Source: Candidatus Bipolaricaulota bacterium (GTDB lineage: Bacteria > Bipolaricaulota > Bipolaricaulia > UBA7950 > UBA9294). From it: a stretch of DNA of 64,000 nt. Position 1 is the first letter of the stretch. Every line of letters starts with the position of its first letter. The notes below the pieces were generated by a model that was not told the DNA's origin, ran no database searches, and was given only the letters and a program-made list of their open reading frames with translations. Where the stretch lies: assembly GCA_040752575.1 (NCBI GenBank), contig JBFMGK010000015.1, positions 1 to 64,000 on the forward strand, read 5' to 3'. Position numbers and translations under genes: made by a program. This document shows positions 28,516-39,029 of this stretch, piece by piece.

Positions 28516-29007
28516 ATGAAGGCGTTGGTAGTCTACTACTCGAAGTCCGGCACGACGCGTCGCGTCGCGGAAGAGATCGCACGAGCTCTCGGCGCGGACC
28601 TGGAGGAGATCGTCGAAGTCGGAACGCAACGAAGCGGCCTTGTGGGCTATCTGCGGGCCGGTCGAGATGCCATGCGGGAGAGAGCGAGCCAGATTCGACC
28701 CGCGACGAAGCGCCCGGCCGACTACGACGTCGTCTTCGTCGGCTCGCCAGTGTGGGGATGGAATCTTGCTCCCGCGGTGCGGTCGTACCTCGCAGCGGCG
28801 AACCTCGAAGGCAAGCCCGTCGCCCTCTTCTGCACCATGGCTTCCAGCGGCGACCGGCGGACGTTCTCGGCGATGCGAAGCCTGGCTCGCGGATCCGAAT
28901 CCCTTGGCGAACTGGCCGTCGCGGCCTCGGAACTCAAGTCGCCCGACACCCTGGCTCAGCGCGTCGCGGTATGGGCTCGCGAGATGGCCGCCGGCGCACG
29001 CCGGTAG
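28516..29007 (+). CDS. Flavodoxin
   Basis: VVYYSKSGTTRRVA, VGSPVW, ALFCT. Confidence 0.9.
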   Translation: MKALVVYYSKSGTTRRVAEEIARALGADLEEIVEVGTQRSGLVGYLRAGRDAMRERASQIRPATKRPADYDVVFVGSPVWGWNLAPAVRSYLAAANLEGKPVALFCTMASSGDRRTFSAMRSLARGSESLGELAVAASELKSPDTLAQRVAVWAREMAAGARR

Positions 29008-29050
29008 GGGCCGAGGCCCATCCTGAGGCCCCGGCCCTCTTTCACCTCCG

Positions 29051-30007
29051 TCAGGGTCGGCCGTCGAGGTACTTCAGCCAACTCGCGACGCTCTTGCCTT
29101 CCTGGCCGAACATCCCCGCATAGAGCGGCTCGGCGGGTGGATTGGACGCACCGCCGCCGCCGACCGTGGCGTACAGCGCTCCGAGTTCCTTCGCGCGCCG
29201 CATGCCCTCGGCGATCACAGCCTTCGCCAGACCGCGGCGCTGGTGCTCGGGCATCGTGCCGACCGGTTCGTAGTACGTCGTGCGCGTCACGTCGTCGTAC
29301 CACACCGTGGCGAACGACGCGATCTCGCCCGACGGCGCCTCGGCGACGAGGTCGAGGTCACGCCGATACATGGGCGCACGCATGGCGTTGCGCAGCCAGG
29401 TCCAGCCGCCGTACTTCTCGTCGGGGTCGTCGGGGTGAAACGCCCGCCAACTCGCCCAGCTCCGCCGCTTGAGATCGTCCTCCTCGTCGCGCATCGCGCG
29501 AACGGCGTATCCGGCGGGAACGGGCGCATCAGGTATCGGGAGCGCGAGATCGCGTTTCCGCTGGATCTCCTGAAAGTCGGCCCGCCGCACGTGGCCGCGC
29601 CGCGCCAGGAGGTCGGTCCGCATGGCGTCTCGATCCTCGGCGGACACGTTGATGAATGGGCGTCCAGACGAAGCTCCGATCCCGACGAGCTCACGCTCCG
29701 CCACGTCGAGCATCTCCTCCTCGAGCGCTTGCGCTCGAAATCGGGGATCCACTTGAAGGAAGACGTGCCCGCGGCCCTCGGAGTTGAGCACCGCCGCGAG
29801 TTCGCCGCCCGCGGTCTTCCACAGGAAGACGTCGGTCTCGAGCTTGCCGTGCCCGCAGTTCGCAATCCCGTGCCAGCGCCACCAGTCAAGTCGCGCCGCC
29901 GGCCACGAGTGCTCGCTCCGATCGTTCCGCAGGTACACGTCGCGCAAGAACTGCCGGATTCGCCAGTAGTCCTCTTCGTCCCGATAGGGACGCATCGTCA
30001 GCTTCAT
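29051..30007 (-). CDS. Tandem GNAT acetyltransferase
   Basis: EPVGTMPEHQRRGLAKA acetyl-CoA motif A. Confidence 0.85.
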   Translation of the reverse strand: MKLTMRPYRDEEDYWRIRQFLRDVYLRNDRSEHSWPAARLDWWRWHGIANCGHGKLETDVFLWKTAGGELAAVLNSEGRGHVFLQVDPRFRAQALEEEMLDVAERELVGIGASSGRPFINVSAEDRDAMRTDLLARRGHVRRADFQEIQRKRDLALPIPDAPVPAGYAVRAMRDEEDDLKRRSWASWRAFHPDDPDEKYGGWTWLRNAMRAPMYRRDLDLVAEAPSGEIASFATVWYDDVTRTTYYEPVGTMPEHQRRGLAKAVIAEGMRRAKELGALYATVGGGGASNPPAEPLYAGMFGQEGKSVASWLKYLDGRP

Positions 30008-30009
30008 CG

Positions 30010-30345
30010 TCCATCCTCTCCTCGTGTCGTGTCGCTTTCTGGAACTCGCGTCGCGCGAGCTTCAGCACCAGGTTCACTGCAAGCGGAAAGGAGAGAGCTG
30101 CGCAAGATGCCTTCGAATGAGGCCCCCGAAGGGAGCCAGAGTCCGTGGGATCAAACCCCATGCAGTCGGGTCACAGTCTTCCGATCCGCACTACCGCGCA
30201 ACCGTCTGCACTTGAGTTCGTCTCCCCTTCCTTGCCCTGCCAGAGGCAAGGTCCTCGTCGTCTCTGCGGCGAGGGCTGCGGCAGATCTGCCGAGAGTCGG
30301 CTCCGCGAGCTGACGAAGTATCCAAGGGAGGTTCGCTGGCGTCAA
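30010..30345 (-). promoter_or_regulatory. Promoter and long structured 5' leader (candidate cis-regulatory RNA)
   Basis: TTGACG-N17-GATACT at 30345-30317; successive hairpins over about 300 nt before GNAT ATG. Confidence 0.45.
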
Positions 30346-30413
30346 GCGGTACGGACCGCGTTGCCTCGAGATGCCCGCGGCGGGATCGCCCCGGAACATG
30401 TACCCTTCGCCGC

Positions 30414-31034
30414 ATGAGGGTCTTCTCGTTCGTCGCTGTTGTCAGCCTGAATGCGTTCATCCTCGTGCGCTATGTCTGGCTCATCCGCCGAAGAGAGATT
30501 CAGCCGGCGCTCGCGATGTGGGTGTTCTTCACGATCGCCGTCGTCGGCAGCTTCGTCACGTACCTCTCCGAGGGCGCGTTCAGCCCGCTCGACAACATCC
30601 TCAACACCTCGGACATCGCACTCGTGGGTCTGGTGTCGCTCGCGATCTGGATCTGGGGAGGCCGCGCCTCGCGGTTCACGCGATTCGACCTCGGCTGCCT
30701 GGGAGCGGTCGCGTTGATCCTCGTCTTCTGGGGCTTCACGCGCGAACACGCCGCGGCCCACCTCGCGATTCAGGCGATTCTCGTGGTCGCGTACTTCCCG
30801 GTGGTCAAGAGAATCTGGACCGCCAATCGGAACACCGAGTCGTTTGCGGCGTGGATCGGCATGCTCCTCGCCGCCGGGCTGTCGCTCTTTTCGAGCAGCG
30901 GCTGGCTCGCGACCGTGTACGCCGTGCGAGCGGTTGTCTGCACCGGGTCGCTTCTGATTCTGATGCTGCGGGCCCGTGGGCGGGAGCGTCGCACGTTTCT
31001 GCCTGCGACGCACGCCATCACCCCCGAGCGATGA
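30414..31034 (+). CDS. Hypothetical integral membrane protein
   Basis: About 7 hydrophobic helices; TACCCT 7 nt upstream of ATG. Confidence 0.75.
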   Translation: MRVFSFVAVVSLNAFILVRYVWLIRRREIQPALAMWVFFTIAVVGSFVTYLSEGAFSPLDNILNTSDIALVGLVSLAIWIWGGRASRFTRFDLGCLGAVALILVFWGFTREHAAAHLAIQAILVVAYFPVVKRIWTANRNTESFAAWIGMLLAAGLSLFSSSGWLATVYAVRAVVCTGSLLILMLRARGRERRTFLPATHAITPER

Positions 31035-32022
31035 TGTCCCGCCCGGGACGCAGCTCCTTCTCGTAGGCAAGCTGGGTGCGGAACGCCGCAAACCCGGCGC
31101 GCTCGTAGAGGCGCAGCGCGCCGCTCTGGTTTCCGCTGTCGACCATCAGTTCGGCCGATGTGCATCCCTTCTCACGAAGCTTGCCGAGTGTTTCATGCAA
31201 CAGCGCCGAGCCGAGGCCGCGCCGGCGCCAGGCCGGACGCACCGCAAGGCTCGCCACGACGCCGCGGGATCGATCGAGCGGCAGGTGCCAGCGCCCGAGG
31301 GAGTACCCGGCAACGTCGTCGCCGGCCCAGGCGAGCGTGGACATCGCCGGATCGATGCCCTCGGCGTGCGTGCGCAACCAGCCACGCCACATCTCCTCTT
31401 CCTCCTCGACCGGCAACGGCACGTGACCCCAATGGTCGCGGAACGCCTCGCGGCTCGCCGCGGCCAGCGGGCGTAGGTGGCATTCTGGATCCAGCGACGT
31501 CAACACCAAGCCCTCGGGCCAGACGGGCGCCTTGGGCGCAGCGGCGAGATCCGCCCGCATCCGGCGCATGGCGCGGACTGACGCGTACCCGAGCCGCTCG
31601 TAGGCATTCTGCCGCTCTACGTCCCGCTCGACCGCCCAGAGCGTGAGACAGGTACGCAGTCCCTCCTCTGCCGCGCTCGTCACCTCGCGCGCACGCTCCT
31701 CGACCCACTCCAGCAGGAGCCCCCATGTCACGGGCTCTGCAGAAGACTCGAGAGCGACGCTCACCCACCCTGTGACGTTGACGTACGGCTCCCCAGGCAT
31801 CTCCAGCCCGGCCCAGCCGCGGACGCACCCCTCGCCATCGACAAGCGCGCAGAGATCACGATCCGGAGTGACCCTCGGGTTCTCCCATTCCGCCGCCAGT
31901 CCCGATTCGGTCACCGCGTCCTCTCCGGTGAAGCGGCGATACCGGGAGTTGACGAGGTCGACCAGGACAGGCACGTCCTCGATCCGAGCTGGGCGCAGCA
32001 GCCATCGTGAGGCACGAGACAT
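31018..32022 (-). CDS. Tandem GNAT acetyltransferase (MshD-like architecture)
   Basis: LAVRPAWRRRGLGSALL, VDSGNQSGALRLYERAGF. Confidence 0.88.
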   Translation of the reverse strand: MSRASRWLLRPARIEDVPVLVDLVNSRYRRFTGEDAVTESGLAAEWENPRVTPDRDLCALVDGEGCVRGWAGLEMPGEPYVNVTGWVSVALESSAEPVTWGLLLEWVEERAREVTSAAEEGLRTCLTLWAVERDVERQNAYERLGYASVRAMRRMRADLAAAPKAPVWPEGLVLTSLDPECHLRPLAAASREAFRDHWGHVPLPVEEEEEMWRGWLRTHAEGIDPAMSTLAWAGDDVAGYSLGRWHLPLDRSRGVVASLAVRPAWRRRGLGSALLHETLGKLREKGCTSAELMVDSGNQSGALRLYERAGFAAFRTQLAYEKELRPGRDIIARG

Positions 32023-32151
32023 GGTGGGGCTCCCTTCTCAAGTCCAGACGAGACACTGCGCGTAGCGTACCGGCGGGGAATGGGACGCGCAACACAGAGG
32101 AGACGGACGGCATCTACGCTGATGCACCTTGCGAAATCTAGGGGAGGAACG

Positions 32152-32307
32152 ATGAAGATGCTCCTGCGCAGTCTCCATATCGTGCTCGGCGTCCTCGGAG
32201 CTGCACGTCGCGCCTTCGGCATGCCCGCTCTCAATCACATGTCGATCGGCTCCCGCTGCGGCGGCTGCCGATATGAAGGACCCTTCGTCGGCGAGTCCGA
32301 CGACTGA
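32152..32307 (+). CDS. Small hypothetical protein (51 aa, CxxC)
   Basis: Strong SD AGGGGAGGA before ATG; hydrophobic N-terminus; RCGGC. Confidence 0.45.
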   Translation: MKMLLRSLHIVLGVLGAARRAFGMPALNHMSIGSRCGGCRYEGPFVGESDD

Positions 32308-32368
32308 CCCCGCCTCTGGGGACGTGCCGGGCGGCGAGGTACTCTCTCGCTTCGCGAAGGAGGTTCCG

Positions 32369-32722
32369 ATGGAGAAGATGGTGGCGTACTGCGGGATCGT
32401 CTGCACGGACTGCGAAGCCTACCTCGCCACGCAGAAGGACGATCGTCTGGCGCTCGAGGAGCTGGCGCGGAAGGCCAAGGCCGACTTCGGCGTGGAGACC
32501 ACGGCCGACGGATGCCGCTGTGACGGTTGTCTGCCCGAACGAGGAGCCAAGATCGGGTACTGCGCAACGTGTGAGATCCGCGCCTGTGCTGTCGCGAGAA
32601 GGCTGGAAAACTGCGCCCACTGCGCCGATTACGCATGCGAGAAGCTCACGGCGTTCTTCCAGATGGCGAAGAAGGCGAAGCCCGTTCTCGACGCGATCCA
32701 CGTCTCGCTCTCGTCGCGCTAG
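32369..32722 (+). CDS. DUF3795-like Cys-rich protein
   Basis: AYCGIVCTDCEAY, CDGC, CATCEIRAC, NCAHCADYACEKL; SD AAGGAGGT. Confidence 0.85.
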   Translation: MEKMVAYCGIVCTDCEAYLATQKDDRLALEELARKAKADFGVETTADGCRCDGCLPERGAKIGYCATCEIRACAVARRLENCAHCADYACEKLTAFFQMAKKAKPVLDAIHVSLSSR

Positions 32723-32838
32723 CGACGGCCGGCCCCTCTTCCCCCGATCGAGGCCGCGCGCAGCCGGGCTCGGGTCGGCGTCGCCCGTCCGCGGGTTCCG
32801 GCTTTCGCATCCTGATATGCTGCGTGTATACTTGTGCC

Positions 32839-33459
32839 ATGGTCTGTGACGTCTACGGCCAACTCAAGCGGCGGATTCTCCTCGCGGAATATCGCCCAGG
32901 GCAATCGCTGCACGAGCAGGAGCTGGCACAGGAGTTCGGCGTCAGTCGCACGCCGATACGCGAAGCGTTCATTCGCCTTCAGGCGGAGGGATGGGTCGTG
33001 ATGGCCAAAGGCCGCGGGGTCCGCGTCAGCGAGCCAAGCGTACGCGAGCTGAAGGAGGCCTGCGAGCTGCGCCATCAACTCGACGGGTTCGTCGGGAAGC
33101 TCGTTCCCGAGCGCGTCACGCCCGAGGAGCTTGCCGGCATGAAGGCGCTTCTCCAACGAATGAGAAGCGAGACGGAGGCCGCCGAGCTGCGCGCGCTCGA
33201 CCTCGCATTCCACGAAGCGATGGACCGCGCGACGCACAACGAACTCCTGAGACAGACCCTCGAAGGACTCCGGCAGCGCATGACGCGCGTCTGGGACCTC
33301 GCGGTCCCTGCGGGCCAGGACCGCTATTTCGCAGGGATCGCCGACGAGTTCACCGCCTTGGTCAAGGCCATCGAGCGAAAGGACGGCGAGGAGTGCACGC
33401 GCATCCTGCGCGCGCACCTCGCACGCTATATCGATCAGATCATCGCCATCCGCGGCTAG
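32839..33459 (+). CDS. GntR (FCD) family transcriptional regulator
   Basis: ELAQEFGVSRTPIREA HTH; DLAFH..THNELL; AHL. Confidence 0.92.
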   Translation: MVCDVYGQLKRRILLAEYRPGQSLHEQELAQEFGVSRTPIREAFIRLQAEGWVVMAKGRGVRVSEPSVRELKEACELRHQLDGFVGKLVPERVTPEELAGMKALLQRMRSETEAAELRALDLAFHEAMDRATHNELLRQTLEGLRQRMTRVWDLAVPAGQDRYFAGIADEFTALVKAIERKDGEECTRILRAHLARYIDQIIAIRG

Positions 33460-34878
<1,419 letters not shown>

Positions 34879-34882
34879 CGAC

Positions 34883-34914
34883 GTGGAGCGGGTTCGATGT
34901 CGAGCTCGCTCCAC
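34883..34914. terminator. Hairpin between convergent genes
   Basis: GTGGAGCGGGTTCGA-TG-TCGAGCTCGCTCCAC. Confidence 0.6.
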
Positions 34915-34924
34915 CTCTGCGGCT

Positions 34925-36025
34925 CTACTTCAGCCAGCCGTCGGGGATGACGACGGCGAAGACGCAGGCGTCCTTCCCTTCGAGCATCGTCTCGACGAGG
35001 CGCACCTCGGGGGCTTCGCCGAAGACGACGGCCCACTCCTGCGCATACCAGCCGCCCGAGCAATGGCAGAACGTGCGCGAGACGCTCTCGCCTTTGCGCA
35101 ACGCATCGCGGACGAGCGGGCAGAAGCACGCCTCGTAGCGCTTCTCCTCGGGCGTCGCCGCCTTCTCGACCTCGTCCGGGCGCGCCGGGCGTCGCCGAAT
35201 CATAAGGAGCGGCTCGGGCCCTGACTCGTCGATCCAGTACTGACTGCCGAGCAGCTTCTCCTCGGTGATCTTCGCCACGAGTCTGCGGAGGTCCTTGCCC
35301 GTCTCCCGGAACGCCGCCTCGACGAGCATGGCGCTCTGGACGATGTAGTGGTGCGCACACGCGTTCATGATGCGGGCCCGATCCGGCTCCGACGGCACTT
35401 CGCGGTCGAGACGATCCATCGCCCCCCGCACCCACGCCGCGGCCCGCTCTCCGTCGAGGGCCTCGACGAGGCCGCAGCTCCCGGCCATGACGCGGTGCGC
35501 CGCGTCGCTCCCGACCTCTCGCGCGACGCCGTCCCGCAGCGCGGCGAGCCACATCGGAAGATGATACGAATACTGGACTTCTGTCAGGTAGAACTCCGCG
35601 CGGTCCCCGTGCGTCTCCGCCCCTTCGTGGTAGAGGAAACGCTCCGGGTCGTCGCCGAGGAGTACGCCCGTCTCGTTCACGAACTCGACGAGCGCCTTGC
35701 GCGTATCGATGAGGTTCGTCCCTTCGGGTCCCCCGACGACCGGCCCGCGGTGCGTGATCGAGAACATCGGAAGCCCGGGAAGGGTCTTCGAGACGAAGCC
35801 GTCTCGTTCGATGGCGTCGGAAACGGGAAACGCAACCTCGACGTCGACCTTGCCGTCGCGCGGGAAGCCGAGGCGAAGCGCCATCGCCGGGCCGGCAAGG
35901 ACGTCGGCCACCCGAGGCCGAAGCTCGCGTAGCGAAGCCAAGATCTCCGCCTGACCCGTCACGTTGAGGTGCGTCGCGAGAACGCGAATCGGCGGAACGT
36001 CTTTCACGAGAATCTGCGCGCGCAT
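34925..36025 (-). CDS. GyrI-like small-molecule-binding domain fused to Cys-containing DUF6144/V4R-like domain
   Basis: DVEVAFPV..SITHRGP..ERFLY..TEVQ; CAH, CFCP, FCHCSGGW, ETMLEG..ACVF. Confidence 0.65.
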   Translation of the reverse strand: MRAQILVKDVPPIRVLATHLNVTGQAEILASLRELRPRVADVLAGPAMALRLGFPRDGKVDVEVAFPVSDAIERDGFVSKTLPGLPMFSITHRGPVVGGPEGTNLIDTRKALVEFVNETGVLLGDDPERFLYHEGAETHGDRAEFYLTEVQYSYHLPMWLAALRDGVAREVGSDAAHRVMAGSCGLVEALDGERAAAWVRGAMDRLDREVPSEPDRARIMNACAHHYIVQSAMLVEAAFRETGKDLRRLVAKITEEKLLGSQYWIDESGPEPLLMIRRRPARPDEVEKAATPEEKRYEACFCPLVRDALRKGESVSRTFCHCSGGWYAQEWAVVFGEAPEVRLVETMLEGKDACVFAVVIPDGWLK

Positions 36026-36127
36026 GGGATCCTCCGCGAGAGGCTCTCTCTGCGCATGCCCCTCGCCGCTTACCCAGTCTAGCGCGCGGCGTCTCGACGG
36101 CGTCTCACCGTGCCGGCGGGCGTCTCC

Positions 36128-36385
36128 CTAGTCGTCGCTCGAAGCGGGCGCGGCGATGGGTTCCTTCTTCTCCGTCGCGCGTTCCTCGCTCGAACCGCTG
36201 GTGCGTTTGGCCCGGTCCGTCTTATAGAAGCCGCTGCCCTTGAACTGGACGGCGACACGCGGCAAGAGACGCTGTGTATCGCGGCTTCCGCACGACGGGC
36301 AGACGACGTGGTTCTCGTCTCCGGGGGACTCGAGAACGCGGAACTTCGCGCCGCATGCTCTGCATTCGTGCCGACGAAGCGCCAT
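36128..36385 (-). CDS. FmdB-family zinc ribbon protein
   Basis: ECRACG..F..CPSCGS..QRLL..FKGSGFYKTD. Confidence 0.9.
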   Translation of the reverse strand: MALRRHECRACGAKFRVLESPGDENHVVCPSCGSRDTQRLLPRVAVQFKGSGFYKTDRAKRTSGSSEERATEKKEPIAAPASSDD

Positions 36386-36414
36386 GAAGTCCTTCCTCAG
36401 CCTCGTGAGTCGCG

Positions 36415-36441
36415 TTAGCACTCGCGAAAGTTGACTGCTAG
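36415..36441. promoter_or_regulatory. CIRCE element (HrcA operator)
   Basis: TTAGCACTC-N9-GACTGCTAG, 2 mismatches to TTAGCACTC-N9-GAGTGCTAA. Confidence 0.88.
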
Positions 36442-36470
36442 ATCGTAGCGGGGCCGGCGGTCCCTGTCAA
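36442..36470 (-). promoter_or_regulatory. Sigma70-type promoter abutting CIRCE
   Basis: TTGACA-N17-TACGAT. Confidence 0.8.
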
Positions 36471-36518
36471 GCCGCGGTGGCACGCAGGCCCATCCGGTTG
36501 CACCCTGGATCCCCGCAG

Positions 36519-36550
36519 GGCCGGGACGGGTACGGGTTCCCGTCCCGGCC
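36519..36550 (-). terminator. GC-rich hairpin after hppA
   Basis: GGCCGGGACGGG-N8-CCCGTCCCGGCC; no U-tract. Confidence 0.5.
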
Positions 36551-36560
36551 CCCGCGAGAA

Positions 36561-38768
36561 CTATCCCATGAAGATCGGGTACAAGGGGAAGAGAGAGGCG
36601 AACACGAGTGCGATCACCGACATCAGTTTGATCAGGATGTCGAGTGAAGGCCCGACCGTGTCCTTCAGCGGATCCCCGACGGTGTCGCCAGTGACCGCCG
36701 CGGCATGGGCCTCGGAGTCCTTGCCGCCATGGTGTCCTTCCTCGATGTACTTCTTCGCGTTGTCCATCGCTCCGCCGGAGTTGCCGCAGAAGATGGCGAG
36801 CTGGATGGCCGAGAGCAGGGCGCCGAACAGAAGCCCGCCCAGCATGTAGCGGCCGAAGATCACGCCGAACAGAATCGGCGTGATCACGGCGATCGCCGCA
36901 GGGAGGATCATCTTCCGCAGTCCTCCGTGCGCCGTGATGCTGATGCACCGCTTGTAGTCGGCCATGGCTTCGCCGCTCATGAGTTTCGGGTTCTCTTTGA
37001 ACTGCCGTCGGATCTCCTGCACGAGGACGTCGGCCGTGCGGCTGACGCCCCGAATCAACAGCGCGGAGAACACGTACGGCAGCATGGCCCCGATCAGCAG
37101 ACCGGCAACCACGTACGCTCCCACGAGGATCGGCTGCCCGGTCGGCGAGTACTGCGCCCCGATTTCCCCGACGATCGGAAGCTGCGGGCGGACGACCATG
37201 TCCGCGCTGCCGATCGCCGACCACATGAACGCGGCGATGAGTCCGAGTGCGGCAAAGGCCGCCGAACCGATGGCGAAGCCCTTCCCGATGGCGGCCGTCG
37301 TGTTCCCGATGGAATCCAGCGTATCGGTTCGAGATCGAATCTCGGACGGCAGCTTGGCCATCGTCGCAATGCCTCCGGCGTTGTCGGCAATCGGTCCATA
37401 CGAGTCGACCGACACCGTCATCGCGACGAAGGAGAGCATGCCCATCGCCGTGAACGCGACGCCGAGAAGGCCGCCGAGCTGGTACGCACCGACGGTCGCG
37501 GCGGCGAGGACCAACACGGGGAACAGCGTGCTCAGCATCCCGACGGCGAGCCCCTCTGTCACGCCGACGGCCGCGCCGGACTGGTTCATCTTCGCCAGTT
37601 CCTTCGTCGGCCGGTAGTGCGACGAGGTGTAGTACTCGGAGAGGAAACCGATGGCAACGCCGGCCCCGAGGCCGAGGATGACCTCGTAAAACACGTTCAT
37701 CCCGACCGGGGTGAACCAGCAGAAGACGAACGTCGTCGCGGCAGTGAGGAGCGCCGCGAGCCTTGTGCCGCTCATGAGGATGCTTTGCATCTTTTCCTGC
37801 CGCCGCGAGAACCGGATGTAGAGAATCGCGAGCAGGCTCGCGAACGTGCCGCCGGCCACGATCACGAGCGGCGCTGCGAGAATCCACCAGAACGTATCCG
37901 GCGTCAGCCCGGCGCGAGGCGCGATGGCGTGGATGATGTCCTGAATGCTCTCGTTCGCCCGCCCGACGTAGACGTACAGGAACATGACGATGACCGAGAT
38001 CACCGCGCCGACGAACGACTCCAGGAGGTCGGCGCCCAGGCCGCCCACGTCGCCGACGTTGTCCCCCACGTTGTCGGCGATCGTCGCCGGATTCCGTGGA
38101 TCGTCTTCGGGGAGGTGCATCTCGACCTTGCCGACCATGTCGGCGGCCATGTCGGCGGCCTTCGTGTAGATCCCGCCACCGACGCGGTCAAACAGCGCCA
38201 CCAGCGAAGCACCCATCGAGTAGGCGCTCACGATGAGCGCGCCTCGAATGAAGTTCACGCCAAGGGTCGAAACGCCGAACAGATAACGAGTTTCGATCAC
38301 CAGATTGTCGGGCATGAACCAGCGACGGAAGATCACAATCACGATCACAAGCCCGAAGATCGCGAGGCCCGCCACCGAGAGCCCCATAACGCTGCCGCCG
38401 GAGAACGCGACGTTCAGCGCGCTCTTGAACGACTTCGTCGCCGCCTGCGTCGTGCGGGCGTTCGCGTGGGTCGCGGCGTTCATGCCGATGAACCCGGCGG
38501 CCATCGACAGGAGCGCTCCGATCCAGAAGGCCACGGCGATCTCCCAGTAGAACAGGATCCACAACACAACGCCGATGACGGCAAGGGTCGCGAGCATGAC
38601 CTTCGCCTCGGCGATCATGAACGTGAAGGCCCCCGAACGGATGTAGCCCTGCAGTTCCTTCATCCGCTCGTTGCCCTGCGCTTTGCGCACGACCGAGCGG
38701 TTGAACAGGAACGCGCTCACGAGCGCAAGCACCGACACGGCGGCCGGGATAACGATGAGTAGACTCAT
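36561..38768 (-). CDS. hppA: Membrane-bound pyrophosphatase, K+-dependent, probably Na+-pumping
   Basis: GGGIYTKAAD, EDDPRNPATIADNVGDNVGD, ADLLESFVGA, GNTTAA, GDTVGDPLKDT. Confidence 0.95.
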   Translation of the reverse strand: MSLLIVIPAAVSVLALVSAFLFNRSVVRKAQGNERMKELQGYIRSGAFTFMIAEAKVMLATLAVIGVVLWILFYWEIAVAFWIGALLSMAAGFIGMNAATHANARTTQAATKSFKSALNVAFSGGSVMGLSVAGLAIFGLVIVIVIFRRWFMPDNLVIETRYLFGVSTLGVNFIRGALIVSAYSMGASLVALFDRVGGGIYTKAADMAADMVGKVEMHLPEDDPRNPATIADNVGDNVGDVGGLGADLLESFVGAVISVIVMFLYVYVGRANESIQDIIHAIAPRAGLTPDTFWWILAAPLVIVAGGTFASLLAILYIRFSRRQEKMQSILMSGTRLAALLTAATTFVFCWFTPVGMNVFYEVILGLGAGVAIGFLSEYYTSSHYRPTKELAKMNQSGAAVGVTEGLAVGMLSTLFPVLVLAAATVGAYQLGGLLGVAFTAMGMLSFVAMTVSVDSYGPIADNAGGIATMAKLPSEIRSRTDTLDSIGNTTAAIGKGFAIGSAAFAALGLIAAFMWSAIGSADMVVRPQLPIVGEIGAQYSPTGQPILVGAYVVAGLLIGAMLPYVFSALLIRGVSRTADVLVQEIRRQFKENPKLMSGEAMADYKRCISITAHGGLRKMILPAAIAVITPILFGVIFGRYMLGGLLFGALLSAIQLAIFCGNSGGAMDNAKKYIEEGHHGGKDSEAHAAAVTGDTVGDPLKDTVGPSLDILIKLMSVIALVFASLFPLYPIFMG

Positions 38769-39029
38769 TGCTGTAGACGCTCCCCTCCTTCGACGGCCCG
38801 CCGTCGCATGGATTCCGCGACCTCGAACGACCGCGGCGCGAGCCGACGGCTGGCCGGCGGGATTCTACTGCGGCCCCTTGGACCCCGCAACGCTAGATGC
38901 CGCCTCGGATGTCGCCCGCTCCTTTGTGCGTCCGTACGAAGGCGTCCCGCTGGTTGCCGGGCGCGCAAGCGGCGCGTATCGTTGAAGGTCAGGGGCTGCG
39001 CCGGCGCGGCGCCCGGAAGGAGGGCGTCG

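Noticed and set aside
30085..30232. tRNA, tmRNA, 6S, SRP or RNase P RNA
   Set aside because: Only a superficial T-arm-like stretch (GGGGTTTGATCCC); no cloverleaf or family-defining motifs recognised
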